The translations under genes and the position numbers were made by a program. Positions 25,913-38,208 of a stretch of DNA of 64,000 bases are shown piece by piece. The first letter of the stretch is position 1; each line of letters begins with the position of its first letter. Source of the stretch: Pelomyxa schiedti (taxonomy: Eukaryota > Protista > Evosea); the NCBI GenBank assembly GCA_020536535.1, contig JAHLWZ010000034.1, forward strand, positions 1 through 64,000, written 5' to 3'. The notes below the pieces were generated by a model. The model was not told where the DNA came from. It saw only the letters and a program-made list of their open reading frames with translations, and ran no database searches.

Positions 25913-26787
25913 GGGTTGTTGCTGATTGAGCTTGTTGGCCAGCTTTTCTTCCCCTTGGTCCCATAATCACCGTTCGAAACTCCTACTCACACACTTCACT
26001 CGCGCATCCACACACTTCACCACCACAATCTCATTCACCTCAACCAATTTGCGGGTGTATTCATTCACTCCTCGAAGGAAGTAGTGACTCTCGTTTGTCC
26101 ACGATTGATGCGCCACTCTTGGTTGGTTGCGCTTTCCCGCTTGGTTGTTGTGGTGGTGCCTGTTGGCAGAGGGGCCCGTTTCGACGGCTGGTCAGGCTTG
26201 ATTGACGTCGATATCGCAAAAAGAGCGGCGACGTAAGTTGACTGTTAATGTCATGGGCTGCTGAACCAGCACGTGCTGTAGTCATTTGGGGAATTGTTCA
26301 TCTCTTTCCGGTAAGGTGATTTCGATGAGGATGGTGATGGACAGACATCTGCTGTTGTCCAAAAAAAACCTTGTCTCCCGACGGCCTGGCATACTGGGTG
26401 TCGATCCCGAATGCCAGAATGGTGGTTGGTCTCACCAGCCCGTGCCGTCATATACTATGGGAGATCAGTGGTGTTGTAGTTCACCCGTAGTTGCCAATCA
26501 TCCTCGTCGGTATTGTTTGGGGCCCCGTGCCTCACCCCTCCGTGGTGCCCGTGCCTGCCTTGATGTTGCGCCCCGCGCCTCGTCGTACGTCCATGTACGA
26601 TAATAACCGCGGCACCACGAGGGGGTTTGTTGCGTGCTCAGCTGACTGTGAGATCCGATGCCCCCGCAGTGTCAGATCGCCGGCAACCAACAAGATCTGC
26701 GTGAGAGATCCAAGTCAGAAAAAACGAGAGTACAATGTGGAGGAAGTACATACTCGTCGAAGGCGGTTTCATCGCTGCTGTGAATCG

Positions 26788-26815
26788 CGGCGGAGAGCGA
26801 CATCGCTCTCCGCCG
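26788..26815. repeat. Perfect 13-bp inverted repeat with 2-nt spacer
   Basis: CGGCGGAGAGCGA-CA-TCGCTCTCCGCCG. Confidence 0.9.
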
Positions 26816-27102
26816 GATCTGCGTATCACCGTGTTAGCGTATTGGAAAACGAACAAAAGAAACAGCGCGAATGCGGAGGAAAAAAAAACGAAGGTGGGAT
26901 GTGTACCTGGGACCATGTGCGTCAAGAAACGATGTCTAATTCGCGTGTCGGCGTTGTAGGTCTCCGTGTCACGTTGGTTTGTTTTGTTTGAGTTTAATGT
27001 TTAATTGTTTTTTTAACTTTTGCGGTTTACGCTTAAAAGGAAGCGAAAGGAGGGAGGAATAAAAAAAATATTACGCACAGCAATTGGAGCAGTTGTTCAT
27101 CT

Positions 27103-27202
27103 NNNNNNNNNNNNNNNNNNNNNNNNNNNNNNNNNNNNNNNNNNNNNNNNNNNNNNNNNNNNNNNNNNNNNNNNNNNNNNNNNNNNNNNNNNNNNNNNNN
27201 NN
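27103..27202. other. Assembly gap (100 N)
   Basis: Run of 100 N. Confidence 0.99.
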
Positions 27203-27306
27203 AACTCACAGCACAGTGATGGGCTTCCACTTCCCTCAGATTATCCTCTGAGATGCTCTGGTCCGGCACCAGTGTGTCAGACTCAGCAGAGGAATCTGAT
27301 CAATTA

Positions 27307-28540
27307 ATGATCTGGCCCGTTAGACAGTGAGCGACAACTGCGTCGCGTGCCGCGCACCGTCGCCGTGACAGTCTTAATGTTGGTACCTGGATTGTGGGAA
27401 CGTTCGTTGCCCTTCTGTCCCTGTGCACTACTGTTGTTGTTGTTTCAAGTGTGTGCTGCGCGTCTGTGGCACCCCCGCAACACTCGCCCGCCACGATCAG
27501 CGCCGCTAATACAACCGAATTGTGGGGCGCTGTTGCCTCATTAGCATTGTGGGGCACGTGCTATCCCCACATCATCAACTCACCGTTGGCGTCCATAGAT
27601 AGAACATCGGTCGTCAACCACCGCCATCACCCGAACCCACCCAGGACTTGGGTGCCCATCATTCAGTATATTTCCTCTTCCACGTGCGATATGCGTTGTT
27701 GATAATGAGACTAACAACAATCGCGCAGGCTCACGTTGTCAGCACGCAACCACGCCCGCAGTACTTGATGTCACTGTTACAGTCAGCAAGAAAACAGAAT
27801 CAAACGGAATTCACATTCTCCGAAAAACCTCTTCATCACAGCAGGTATTCGTATTAATAGTTTGATTGTGCCATGGAGTCACGCATGCCTTGATATCGTT
27901 CACACAGGTCATTTTGGTAACTGTCGGTTTATTGACTCAAAAAAAGGAGTGAAGTGAAACCGGATGATGCCAAGGAAATGGAACTGCAAAAAAATGCTCG
28001 CTAAGCATAGCAATCCGGATCTCTCTTTTGTATGAACTGTTGTTTGCCAATGCAAGAGGTTCCTCTTTTGCTCCTCGTAATGTAATGAAAGATCTCTCGG
28101 TTATTGCTGAAATCAGCATGCGCACATAGTGAGGACCCAATTCCAGTTTGCGTTTTCCTTCGAGGACAGTTATTTTTTTACTTCTCACTGGAGTCTCACA
28201 ACACATTCAATACTGCCCCACACGTGCAATATCAGAGTTGGCATATGCTCATTTTCATAGCACATTAAGTGCTTTCCAAAGTTATCTTGCTGGTGGCAAC
28301 AGATTCCAATACTAGCATCAAGCACCTACATAGGTGCGTTGCAAAGAAATAGTGCTAATACTCATGGAAAAAGTACGGGATTTCTTTGTCTTGTAATACC
28401 ACTGCGACCTCTACTCATTACACTACGGGTACTCCATTCTCCATTGTTTTTTTAATCCTCATCTCGCTAGTGTTAAATGTTACGTCTGCTGCACTGGTAG
28501 CTGTTGACCTATGGGTATCCTTCCACCTGTGGCTGTAGAA
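27307..28540 (+). pseudogene. Probable decayed gene for a secreted or membrane protein
   Basis: ATG at 27307, in-frame TGA at 27328, then a hydrophobic signal-like stretch (IVGTFVALLSLCTTVVVVSSVCCA). Several intron-like segments with CTAAC/CTAAT follow, but the spliced frames contain stops. Confidence 0.4.
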
Positions 28541-28954
28541 GTTGGCAAATTAGCCTGCTGAAAGGCATCACTGGAACCCTGGATATGGCGATTCAGTCAC
28601 TGTATGTGTCCTAAGTTTCCAAGCAGTGTTCTTAAGTTCCATTAGGTTAAACAATGCTACTCCAACCTCTGTTATTAAAAACCTGTTCTCACTTGCATTC
28701 CCCAGTAACCTACCCAACACAAAGAATTGACAAAAAAAAGATAGAACAAGACCTGTAGCTTCCTCCCTGATTACCGAAGTGGCACTGTTCAAAATACAAC
28801 TAAAACTACGAGAGCTCCTAGTTCTACCCCAACACGGTGGAACTGTTCCCTTTGTTGTTCGTTGGCCAAAAATTTCATTCTGTTGAAATTTTTGGGATGA
28901 TGAGGATTCCCCTGCAGTGATTAGATTAGATTGAGATTGCCTCAATTTTCTGAG

Positions 28955-31582
28955 ATGTCGCACTGGGACCACTGCGCGTGTGCGTCGCACCTCGTCTATC
29001 GGGCGCCGCAACCCGCGTCACCTACCCCAAGTGCAACTGCAACAGCAGCCGACGAGCCCCTCCTGCAACCTATGGCGCCGCCGCTTCGCCCCCCAAGCGA
29101 CGCCGCCCACTACGAATCGGCAAGCGACGCGCCAGAGTGCGGCGTGGTCGTCGCCCCCAGCGTCGTCCACATGCAGCAGAGGCGGTTGACGATCGGGAGG
29201 CTAAAGTCGTGCGACGTGAGGCTCGATGGCACCAAGAGGCCGATGTTGATATCGCGGCTTCACGCTGAGCTGCTGTGCCCTTCTAATTCTATTTCTATTG
29301 CTGTTGGTACTGGAACTAGTGGTAGTAATGGTAGTGTTAGCACTGCTACTAGTGGCAGTGGTGATGATCATGGTGTGGGAAACATTGGTGGAAGAGGGTC
29401 TGACTTGGCTGATATGGTGAGTGCTTTTACTGTTCCTCCTTCCCTCATTCATTCAATATCTCGTTGTGCGAGCGATTGTAAGTGTTTGATGCACCCCGTT
29501 TTTTCATTGTGATAGAATATCTACTCTATGTACACCAACATCCCAACACCAAAGCCCAAACTTCAACCATCATAATTATTGTTCAGAACAATGGAAATTC
29601 ACTGATACTCTAAGGTTGCTGCTAAGACTGCAGTGGAATGGTCAATTGTAGATAAAGGCAGCCTTAATGGTGTTTTTGTCAACAGCACGAAAATTTCAGC
29701 TGGTCAACCTGTAGTACTCCATCATCGAGACTTGATTGTATTTGGAGGGGGAGGGAATGTTCTGCCTGGTTCAGTGGTGCATCAACCAGAGAGTGAATTC
29801 CAGTTTCTATTCATGCAAAGAAATGGAAGATCCATCGAGCCGAAGCAAACACCAAAACAAACATCCCTGGATCCCAGCAGCCAAATTGTTCCGTTAAGTC
29901 ACCAATCGTCACACTTCTTCATCACCTCAGAGCAATTTAAACCTCTTCCAAGGCCAGGCACATCAGGCAGCTCTCTGCATCTCACCCCAAATTCCACCTT
30001 TCAACCAGGTACAAGCGACAACATTATTCCTCATACACAAAATGGAGGTACGAACACCACTGCCCAAACAACTTCTACATCCGCAAGCGAAGAGAGCCAT
30101 ACCAAACTTTTATCTGTCTCTGAATCCTGTATTATACAAAATCCAACTTCTACAGTATCAGTATCCACCACCACATGCTTAAATATTCAACAACCTATTC
30201 CTACCAATTTTGACCAGGAGCCACATGAACTAGATTGTGTGAGTATGTTCTATTTTTAAAAAAATGCACTTGACTAAATTTCTTTCTACATTTCACAGGC
30301 TCAACTATTTCTCCATCTCCAAAGAGAGCAAAAGTGGAGGTGACAGTATCAACGACTTCAATTTCTCCCCTTTCCCACTGTAAAAATACCGCCTTTCCTT
30401 CTCAGTTGAGTGAGATAAAAAAACAAGTAGCAATCCTTGAGGGAAATAAAAAGGTGAAGAACTGCCTCATTTCCTAAATTAACATTCATAATAGCTTGTG
30501 GAGGAGTCTGAAGCTAAATACAAAGAAGTGGAAAAAACAGGCAAACCTGATGAGACTGCTAAAGAGGAAATGTCCTTGGTAGTTGCGGCAACTTCAACAA
30601 CAGAAGCAGGCCCAGAAGAAGATAGGGTAGCTATTTTCTAAGGACTTATGCTCACCGAGAATGACTATTCTCAAGGCCAGCAGAGCAAGTGAAGAATTAC
30701 TCCTGCTTCATAAAACTATAGCTGAAGATTATATCCCGCGCTCAACACTTGAAAGTGAATTCACTTGCTCTGTGTGCAGGGACCTTTTTATCGATCCATG
30801 TACTTTGGAGTGTTCCCATAGGTTGGGTCGCACATTATTCTTTGTTTGCAACATTGATTGGGTTCAGCTTTTGTGCTGAGTGTATAGAACATTGGTTGCA
30901 GCAACAGTCAGACTGTCCCTTATGTAGGACAAAAGTGTGTATTCCATGAGCCAGAATTTAGTTAATTGACTGCAGAAAACTTAAGGTGAGGAAGACTGCT
31001 GTTCAGTCACTCACTCTCCGTAATGCCGTGTCTGCACTAATAAAAGGATTATCTGAAAATCAGATCACACACTACCAAGCCCGCCTTCAAGCACGGGAAG
31101 GTAGACAATCCCGGCTCTTGCTTTCCCTATTCACCAAGACCAATAGACTCAAAAACTCACTCCGCGACATCTTTGGAAGAGGACCCCAAATACAAACAAC
31201 TTAAGAAGCACATTAGTGACGCCAAAGAACGAGGCTTACCGTTTTTGAAAATTACAGACACCTGGACAAAAACAGACCAAAAGGTAATTCTCACACCATA
31301 ATACCCGGCACTACACCTACAAAAACATTTCACAGTTTTGTGCTCACTTTAAAACAGAAGTTTTCTTCCGGAATAGGTCGATACCCAACAGGACCATGTA
31401 GAGAACTATATGCCGAGACAACCGGACTCACTCCAGCCTGGGTGCGAAGTACTTCTTCTGCAGCAACATTGCAATGTGCTCTTGTAAATGTGGGCCTTGT
31501 GCCGTCCCGTGCACCACTGCCACAGGCTTCAGGTGTTCCTGTGATGAGGAGGATGCTAATGGATTTTATACAAGGCCACTGA
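28955..31582 (+). CDS. FHA-RING E3 ubiquitin ligase (RNF8/CHFR-like)
   Basis: FHA: LTIGRLKSCDV...ISRLHAEL...WSIVDKGSLNGVFVN...HRDLIVFG. RING-HC: LESEFTCSVCRDLFIDPCTLECSH|SFCAECIEHWLQQQSDCPLCR. Confidence 0.9.
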
Positions 31583-31654
31583 AGGAGGGTTGTTTCAATT
31601 GCATTGTTGTTATTTTATAAAACTTTCTTATATTTGCGAGGGGAAAACCTTGCC

Positions 31655-33181
31655 TTAGTGGGAAATAAACTGTTGTGTAGTCATGTAGGTGGATTCGGTT
31701 GCCACAGAAACACGGCCTGAATGGGGAAGCGCGGAGTTTGTGATAATAGTACCACTATGCCAGTCAAGAAGATGAACATTTCCGGACTGGCCAGCGTAGA
31801 GGCACCCACTTACGGAATCATACAGAAGTGATGGGAAATCACCTGTTGCCTTGGGCATTTGGCACTGCCAAAGAGTAGTGCCCCTTGGTGACACGGCAAC
31901 TACCCTGCCGCGGATTCCAACAACTATTGCATATGGAGTGCTCGTAGGGCCATCTGCAACAACAGCAATAGATAAAGAGCTCCCTTGGTAACCACAACCT
32001 CGTAGTTCATTGTACCATAGAACTTTTCTCTCCGCCACATCAAGACAGAAGAGGCTTCCATTTGTTGCACAGTAGAGGCGTGAGTTGTGGTAAGCAACGC
32101 TAACACCATTGAAAAAGGTGCCCACAAGATTCACCTCTTTGGATTTCACCAAGCCAAGGGTAGTGACATCCACAAAGTTAACAAAACCAGCAACTCCAGC
32201 AAATATTGACATAGGCCATGCATCTCCTTGGGCAACGCAAACATTGAAAGTGGGGGTTGCATTAACCACGCACCGCGACACAACGCAGCCGTGCTCCAGA
32301 TTGATTGCATATATAATCCCCCATACTCCAACCCACACAAGGGAAGGACGAGTTCCCACACTCAACGAGGGATGCGCTGGTAGAGCAGGAAGATTTGGGG
32401 CTAGGGGAAGTGGGGTGCGCCACAGCACGGCACCAGTGGCTTTGTTAATGCGGGCTACACTGCAGTTTGCTGAGGCCACCACACTATCACCTGCATCGCA
32501 TAGTACGGCCTCAAACCCTGTTAAAGCTGTCACCCCCATGAAGATGGGAATGCTTGTGATTGTAGAAATCCACTCCACTGCTCCCGTTCCGGCATCCAAA
32601 GCGAAGAGGCAATAATCCACGGCCGCAAAAACCCTCAGCCTTGTTGGGGGCATTTCAGAAGATACTGTTGAAATAACTGATGACGAAGGTGAGGGAGGGG
32701 TACCCAGTAACACAGAGGGTGTCAAAAGTGGTCTATCATTGGGTAGATCCAGGTTGCGGTCCCACAACAACTTGAGCTTTGAGGAAGTACGTTGAGCTTG
32801 CTGAACAAAGCAAATCACGTGGCCAGTAGTACCTACGACAACAATGTGCTCGTGGTCGCTCGGAGTTGGAGGTGGCGGTAGCGACAATGCGATGCTTCCA
32901 GTCATAGTAGACGAGGTCATTTGCTGCGACAACGTTGGCAGCATCGGCGTCGTAATAAGCTGCGAGCTCGGCATAAAAGAAACAGAGGAGGAAGAAGCGG
33001 GAGAAAGCATGGGCAAAGGAAGAGGGGGCGCCGTAGCAGTACTCACAGAGGGATATAGAGAATAGTCAGGAGGTGGCGGTGGCGGAGGAGGAGGAGGAAC
33101 ACTTGTGTTAGGTGTCGAAGACACGGAAAAAGCGACAGGATCTGACACCGGCATCACTACTTGCATCATCGGATCTGCCAT
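31655..33181 (-). CDS. Intronless PQQ-like beta-propeller repeat protein with Pro-rich, PPxY-containing N-terminus
   Basis: Repeats LFALDAGTGAVEW, VARINKATGAVLWRTPL, LFCLDVAERKVLWYNELRGCGY, VVGIRGRVVAVSPRGTTLWQ; N-terminal PPPPPPDY. Confidence 0.82.
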   Translation of the reverse strand: MADPMMQVVMPVSDPVAFSVSSTPNTSVPPPPPPPPPPDYSLYPSVSTATAPPLPLPMLSPASSSSVSFMPSSQLITTPMLPTLSQQMTSSTMTGSIALSLPPPPTPSDHEHIVVVGTTGHVICFVQQAQRTSSKLKLLWDRNLDLPNDRPLLTPSVLLGTPPSPSSSVISTVSSEMPPTRLRVFAAVDYCLFALDAGTGAVEWISTITSIPIFMGVTALTGFEAVLCDAGDSVVASANCSVARINKATGAVLWRTPLPLAPNLPALPAHPSLSVGTRPSLVWVGVWGIIYAINLEHGCVVSRCVVNATPTFNVCVAQGDAWPMSIFAGVAGFVNFVDVTTLGLVKSKEVNLVGTFFNGVSVAYHNSRLYCATNGSLFCLDVAERKVLWYNELRGCGYQGSSLSIAVVADGPTSTPYAIVVGIRGRVVAVSPRGTTLWQCQMPKATGDFPSLLYDSVSGCLYAGQSGNVHLLDWHSGTIITNSALPHSGRVSVATESTYMTTQQFISH

Positions 33182-33481
33182 CACTTCCTTTGTTTGTTGT
33201 TGTTGGTTTTTACGGGGTGCCTCTTTGTCCGATACGAATTCGTTTTGATGTTTTTATAAAAATTGGTGACACGGCGTTTTGAGTAACACCCCAAAAAATG
33301 GGCAGGCAAATAATTCTTGTTTCTTTTGTTGGCAGTGGTTCCCTGCGTTGAAATCAAAGTTACAGGTCACAGGAAATGTGTTGCATTTAAGAAAACAAGA
33401 TCTTCTCACTAGCAAGGCGAGATCTCTTCTTGGGCACTTGCTCTTTGGTTGGAATTTCTGGGATAAGCGTACTACAGCAAT

Positions 33482-34574
33482 ATGAAGCCAAGTACAGAGT
33501 ATACTAGTGGTTTGCCTGTGCGCGTGATCCGCGATGATGAATACCCATTGTCTGCCGAATTGATAGAATGGTGCAGAGTCAAGGCACTAAGTCCAGCAAT
33601 CCCAAAGTCAACTGCAACAGCCTCTCAGAATAGATCCCGCAGTAGGTGCAGTGGAGCCAAGCAACGGCAGCAACAAATGCTTGTGCACAACGGGGAAAGT
33701 CTGGATACCAATATTGACAGACCGATGTGCGGAAAGATCGTGCTAATAGGCGACGCTTCTGTGGGTAAGTAATTGTATTATTCGTAGTATTTGGGAGTTG
33801 TTCACTTGGAATCAGGAAAGACGGCTTTGATTTCTAGATTGAAGTACAACACGTATGAGGATTCTCTAACCAGACCTACAATCGGTGTTGAATACACACG
33901 GTAGCATTATATTTCCAATATAACTTTCTTACCTACCCTCTAGTCTACCTTATTGCATACGAGGGATAAGTTCGTTTCAGATAGAAATTTTCGTAATTTG
34001 ATGCATTTTTTTCGGTCTCCATTAACTGTAATAAAGGACACTGCAGGGAGTGAAAGGTAAAAATATATACACATTATTTCCCGTTGATGGTGTACCTTAA
34101 GGTTCCACGCATTGACTGACTTCTACATGCGAGGAGCAGGTGGAGCCTTGCTTACTTTTGATGTGAGTAAAAAGAAGACCTTTAAACATCTCAAGTATTG
34201 GTATACTTCTTTGCAGGTTGGTTGGACACTCTTAGTTTCAAACTAACTGGGGTTTCAGAAATCGGCGCCTGACGTTGCTATTAACTTAATAGGAATGAAA
34301 TGTGATTTAACACCAAGAATTTCGAGGGAACAAGCAGAAGAATATGCCAGAAGTATTAACGTTCCTTACTTCGAGGTCTGCGGCGTTCAGTCTTTCCTTT
34401 TCTTGTCATTAAGTACTTACGTGCATTTAGTGCTCTGCAAAGGATGGAACGAATGTAGAAGAGGTGTTTGATAACCTCGCCTGCCAGGTGTTCAGTATGG
34501 TGGCAACGCTGCCAGATGTTAGACTTCCAGTGCCTCCTGTTAGCCTCTCTCAATCCCAGTCCAAGTGTGACTGA
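33482..34574 (+). CDS. Divergent Rab GTPase with long N-terminal extension
   Basis: KIVLIGDASVGKT, PTIGVEY, IEIFDTAGSERFHALTDFYMRGA, LIGMKCD, YFECSAKDGTNVEEVF; ends SKCD-stop. Confidence 0.88.
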
Positions 34575-34740
34575 CAGCTTGGCACTCCATTGCCCCGTTG
34601 TATGCAGTCACAGACTTAAAAGTAATATAGTGTGTCATTATATTGCACCATTGATAGCAGTCATGAACGCACAATTAACGGCCGATAACACCGCTACCCG
34701 CCGTGGCAATTTCATCAGTAGTACACCGTTTGAAAAATAA

Positions 34741-36134
34741 ATGGACACCCTCGGGGAGTTCGTGTACGTTGAAGGCGACGGGACTGCCGCAAGCAACACC
34801 TACCTAGCCGCGAACGACAACAACAGCAGCGGGGAGAGAAGCACCGTGGGCGTAGGAGGCGGAGGGGCCACGGGCACGGGCACGGCCACGCCGCCAGCTA
34901 GGGGAGAGCTCGGCGGGGGTGCCGATGATTACCGCACCACTGCCACAGACGTGAGGGGGGAGCGCAACGAGTCGGTGAGGGGAGTGGTGCTCACTGCTTC
35001 GACATACCTCACCCACTTGGCCAGTGAGGCTGATCGTGTATGCTTTTGCGTTTCTTCATGCCCTCTCCTTTTTGTTTGTCATTTTGCGGGATTGTCAATG
35101 ACTTTTGGGTTGGTGTTGTCCTTCTGGTAGAGAACAAGGGAAGTCACGGAGGCAATTGATATTACCTTTGAGTCACTAAAAAAGGACATCATTACCATGC
35201 TCGATGCAAAACAGTGTCTTCTGCGCTCTGAAGCTGAGACATATTTGCAGGTGAATTGACTTTCCCTTGCATCTTTGTGGGATCAAAATGATATGAAATC
35301 ATTAATTGTTTCCAGGCTTCATTCAATAAACTCAAATTTCTGAACACCGATTTTCTGCTGGAGCAAAAAGTGCGGCCTGTTAGACATTCTGCCTCTCTGA
35401 ATACTCAATTACACACCTCAAGCTTCTCTTCCCCAAAGAGCGCATTACGTTTGAGATGAGGAATGCCTTACGCGATATTTCTTTATACCATGGTATTTCT
35501 TGTTTACTCTTTTGTTTTTCCCTTTTTTTTACTCTAGATAGGTGCACACATTTTGGATCTTCCCATCGGTATTCTGGCAAGTGTTATGCAATTTTTACCG
35601 CCTCAGTCAGTACTTGCTTGCCGTCTTGTGTGCTACCAATTTTGGCAGAGTGCACAGAAAGGTTTCCCTTTCTTTCCATGCCTATTCCGTGATTCCAAAT
35701 AACATTATCACGAATACTTCACCCATAATATATCAATAGCATTCAGCTCTGACGGGTGCTGCTCAATCGAGTTGTTCAAGTTTCCCGGAAGTGATACAGT
35801 TGTGAGCCCGGCCATGGACTTCGAGTTCCACATCAACAAGACCCCCGACGGCTCTCTAGGGGTCAATATATTCGTTTCCAAGAAGAAGCTCTATGCACAC
35901 CCCAAGCAAGTGACACTGCAAATCACCGGCGACGTGAGTGCCGACTTCAACTTGGTGTTTTCTAGGCAGCAGCTGTGTGAGATGTCACATGGAAGCTCGT
36001 CGGCACAAGCCTGGGTTGTGCCTGAGGCCAGGCACGCCAAGCACATTGTAATCGCGGCCAGTGTTAGAGACACAACCACCATTTCCAGACCCCCTGGAAT
36101 TTCTGGGTTGCAACCACCTACCTCGAAACTCTAA
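34741..36134 (+). CDS. Coiled-coil plus internal F-box protein with C-terminal beta-rich domain
   Basis: Exon at ~35541-35661 encodes ILDLPIGILASVMQFLPPQSVLACRLVCYQFWQSAQK (F-box). Upstream VTEAIDITFESLKKDIITMLDAKQCLLRSE resembles a B-box C-terminal (BBC) coiled coil. Confidence 0.75.
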
Positions 36135-36237
36135 GCACTTAGAGCAAAATGTACAATTCTGAGCCTGAGTGAAGAATAAAATCTTCGTTTTTCTCTAAAT
36201 TATTGATCGTTCACAAAAAAACGGTTAGAGCACGAAG

Positions 36238-38102
36238 ATGCAGGGACCCTGTAAGACTTCGCATCTCCACTTACCACCTCTAAACCTGCCAACAGGCAAT
36301 AATAACAAGGAGACAACGTGTTCGTCGTGTGAAAGCTCAGCTGCCACAGTGACGTGCCAAAACTGCGGCGTTCTGTGCGACGCGTGCTCGAAACAATTGC
36401 ACTCAATGAAGGTTCTCTCGTGGCACACCCCATCCCCAATCTCCGGGCCACACCAACACGCAACACACAACGGACCTGGGACAACGGCAGGAGCCACGGC
36501 CGCAGCCCCAAGCACCAAGCATGTGGCGGAAAAGGAGACGCTGTGCCCAGTGCACGGCAAGGAACTTGACATGTTCTGCGTGAAGGACGATGTCCCCGTG
36601 TGTGCGCAGTGTTTGCTCCTGGGGCCACACAGGGACCCGACCACGTGCACCCCGCACGCCTGCGAGTCGACGAACGACGCGGTCGCGAGGATGAGGAGGC
36701 AGCTGGGCGACGGGAAGGCGTTCTTGTCAACACTGGGTGACACTCTCTGCGCGAGAAAAAGCCGGCTCGCTGCTGAGCAGAGACGAGTCGACGAGGTTTA
36801 CATATCCCATATCCCACGCGTATCTAAGGTACCAAACTCATGTGGTTTGTTAAAGAGGGTTGAATCTGCCAAGGCTGAGGTTCGCAACATCTTTGATGCT
36901 CTAAGGGCAGCACTTGGAGACAGGGAAAACGAACTGATTGCCGAGATTGAAACATGGCACTGTGAGAAGGGTGTGCACTGAAACCATCAAACGGTTCCGG
37001 CTCTCTAACTTTCACTTTCTCCGTAATGGAACTCCGTTCAGCCGCAAATATCAAGAGACTGATTGATCAGGTTGATGCGTCATCCACAGAAATTTCACAA
37101 TCACAGTCGGCCCTCAATAAAGTTGAGCTTCTTCCTTCCTTTCCATTTCTGCAGTCATGCAAACGGTCCCTTGATATCAATACCACCTGCTTTCGCGCAA
37201 ATCAAGTCCCAGCTGAAGAACCACCCGAGGAAATCGACTTTTGTGCAATAGGGGCACAGTCCATCACCCAACAAATCACTTCTTTCGGTGTGATTGCAAC
37301 TGGAGTCTCAATCGCACACAGTTCATTTTCTGCCAGTCCTCAACAGTCCTACCTTGGTGTTGCAGATACAATAGTGATCAAGGTCACACCATCACTTTGT
37401 CGCAAAAATGGACAAACTGCCAATGAGACCGCGGCATCAAAGGTGCCCTTGCAGTTGATTGCCTGTTTCGCCGTGTGTTTTTTTTCTCTTTTTTCAACAA
37501 CTCACCAAAACTGTTTGTAAACAAAAAAAAAGAATGACCCCAATGGACTCCTACGCACAGTGCCAGTGAAAGTGAACGGCCTCTCTGTTGAAGTTGGTCC
37601 ATGTACACAACCAGGAACTCACAAACTGTCACTGCAACTGCATCCATTCGTAACACCAGTCATTGTGACTCTGAATGTGACCCCTGTGGTCGTTGCCATC
37701 GGGAAATCAAATGCCACGTACCCAGGATACCGCATGATGACCCTGAGAGACTTCACTCAGGAACCAATGAAGACCAGAGTCTTTGATGTTGCCTCTGCGC
37801 ACGGCGGTGCATTCCTGAGCCTCGCCTCGTTCACACCTAACAACATCTGCCTTATACAAGAGGGATTTGTGGAGTTTGGTGGGGCTTCCAAGTACCTGCA
37901 GGCCACCAGCACCTACGCGACGGGGGACACAGCACCAGTTGGGCAGTGGAACGTGTGCTATTTATACCAAGACACTGGTCGGACCTTCTCACAGTTGAGG
38001 GCAGAACCTGTAACATCGAACGGGAGAAGTGCTGAGCCATACAAGTCTGACACCATTCCGGCTCTGTTTGTGTCAGACATTCCGTCGACCCGCAATTCGT
38101 GA
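36238..38102 (+). CDS. RING-less TRIM-like protein, copy 1 (B-box, B-box, coiled coil, beta-rich region, unknown C-terminal domain)
   Basis: CSSCESSAATVTCQNCGVLCDACSKQLHSMKVLSWH; CPVHGKELDMFCVKDDVPVCAQCLLLGPH; AEVRNIFDALRAALGDRENELIAEI. Confidence 0.87.
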
Positions 38103-38208
38103 AAATTTCCTTTATCTGGTAACTGTTTAAAAAAAAAAAGCCACTTCGGGATTCAGCCCGAACCGTTTTTTTTTTTTTTTTTGAAATCAGGAACAGTAAT
38201 AACGGACG

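Noticed and set aside
24500-28930. Transposon or endogenous virus in the gene-poor region
   Set aside because: No transposase, reverse transcriptase, integrase or capsid motifs and no terminal repeats were recognised.
38145-38182. TTCGGG-ATTCAG-CCCGAA hairpin followed by poly-T, like a bacterial intrinsic terminator
   Set aside because: Only a 6-bp stem in a eukaryotic locus where poly-A/T tracts are everywhere.
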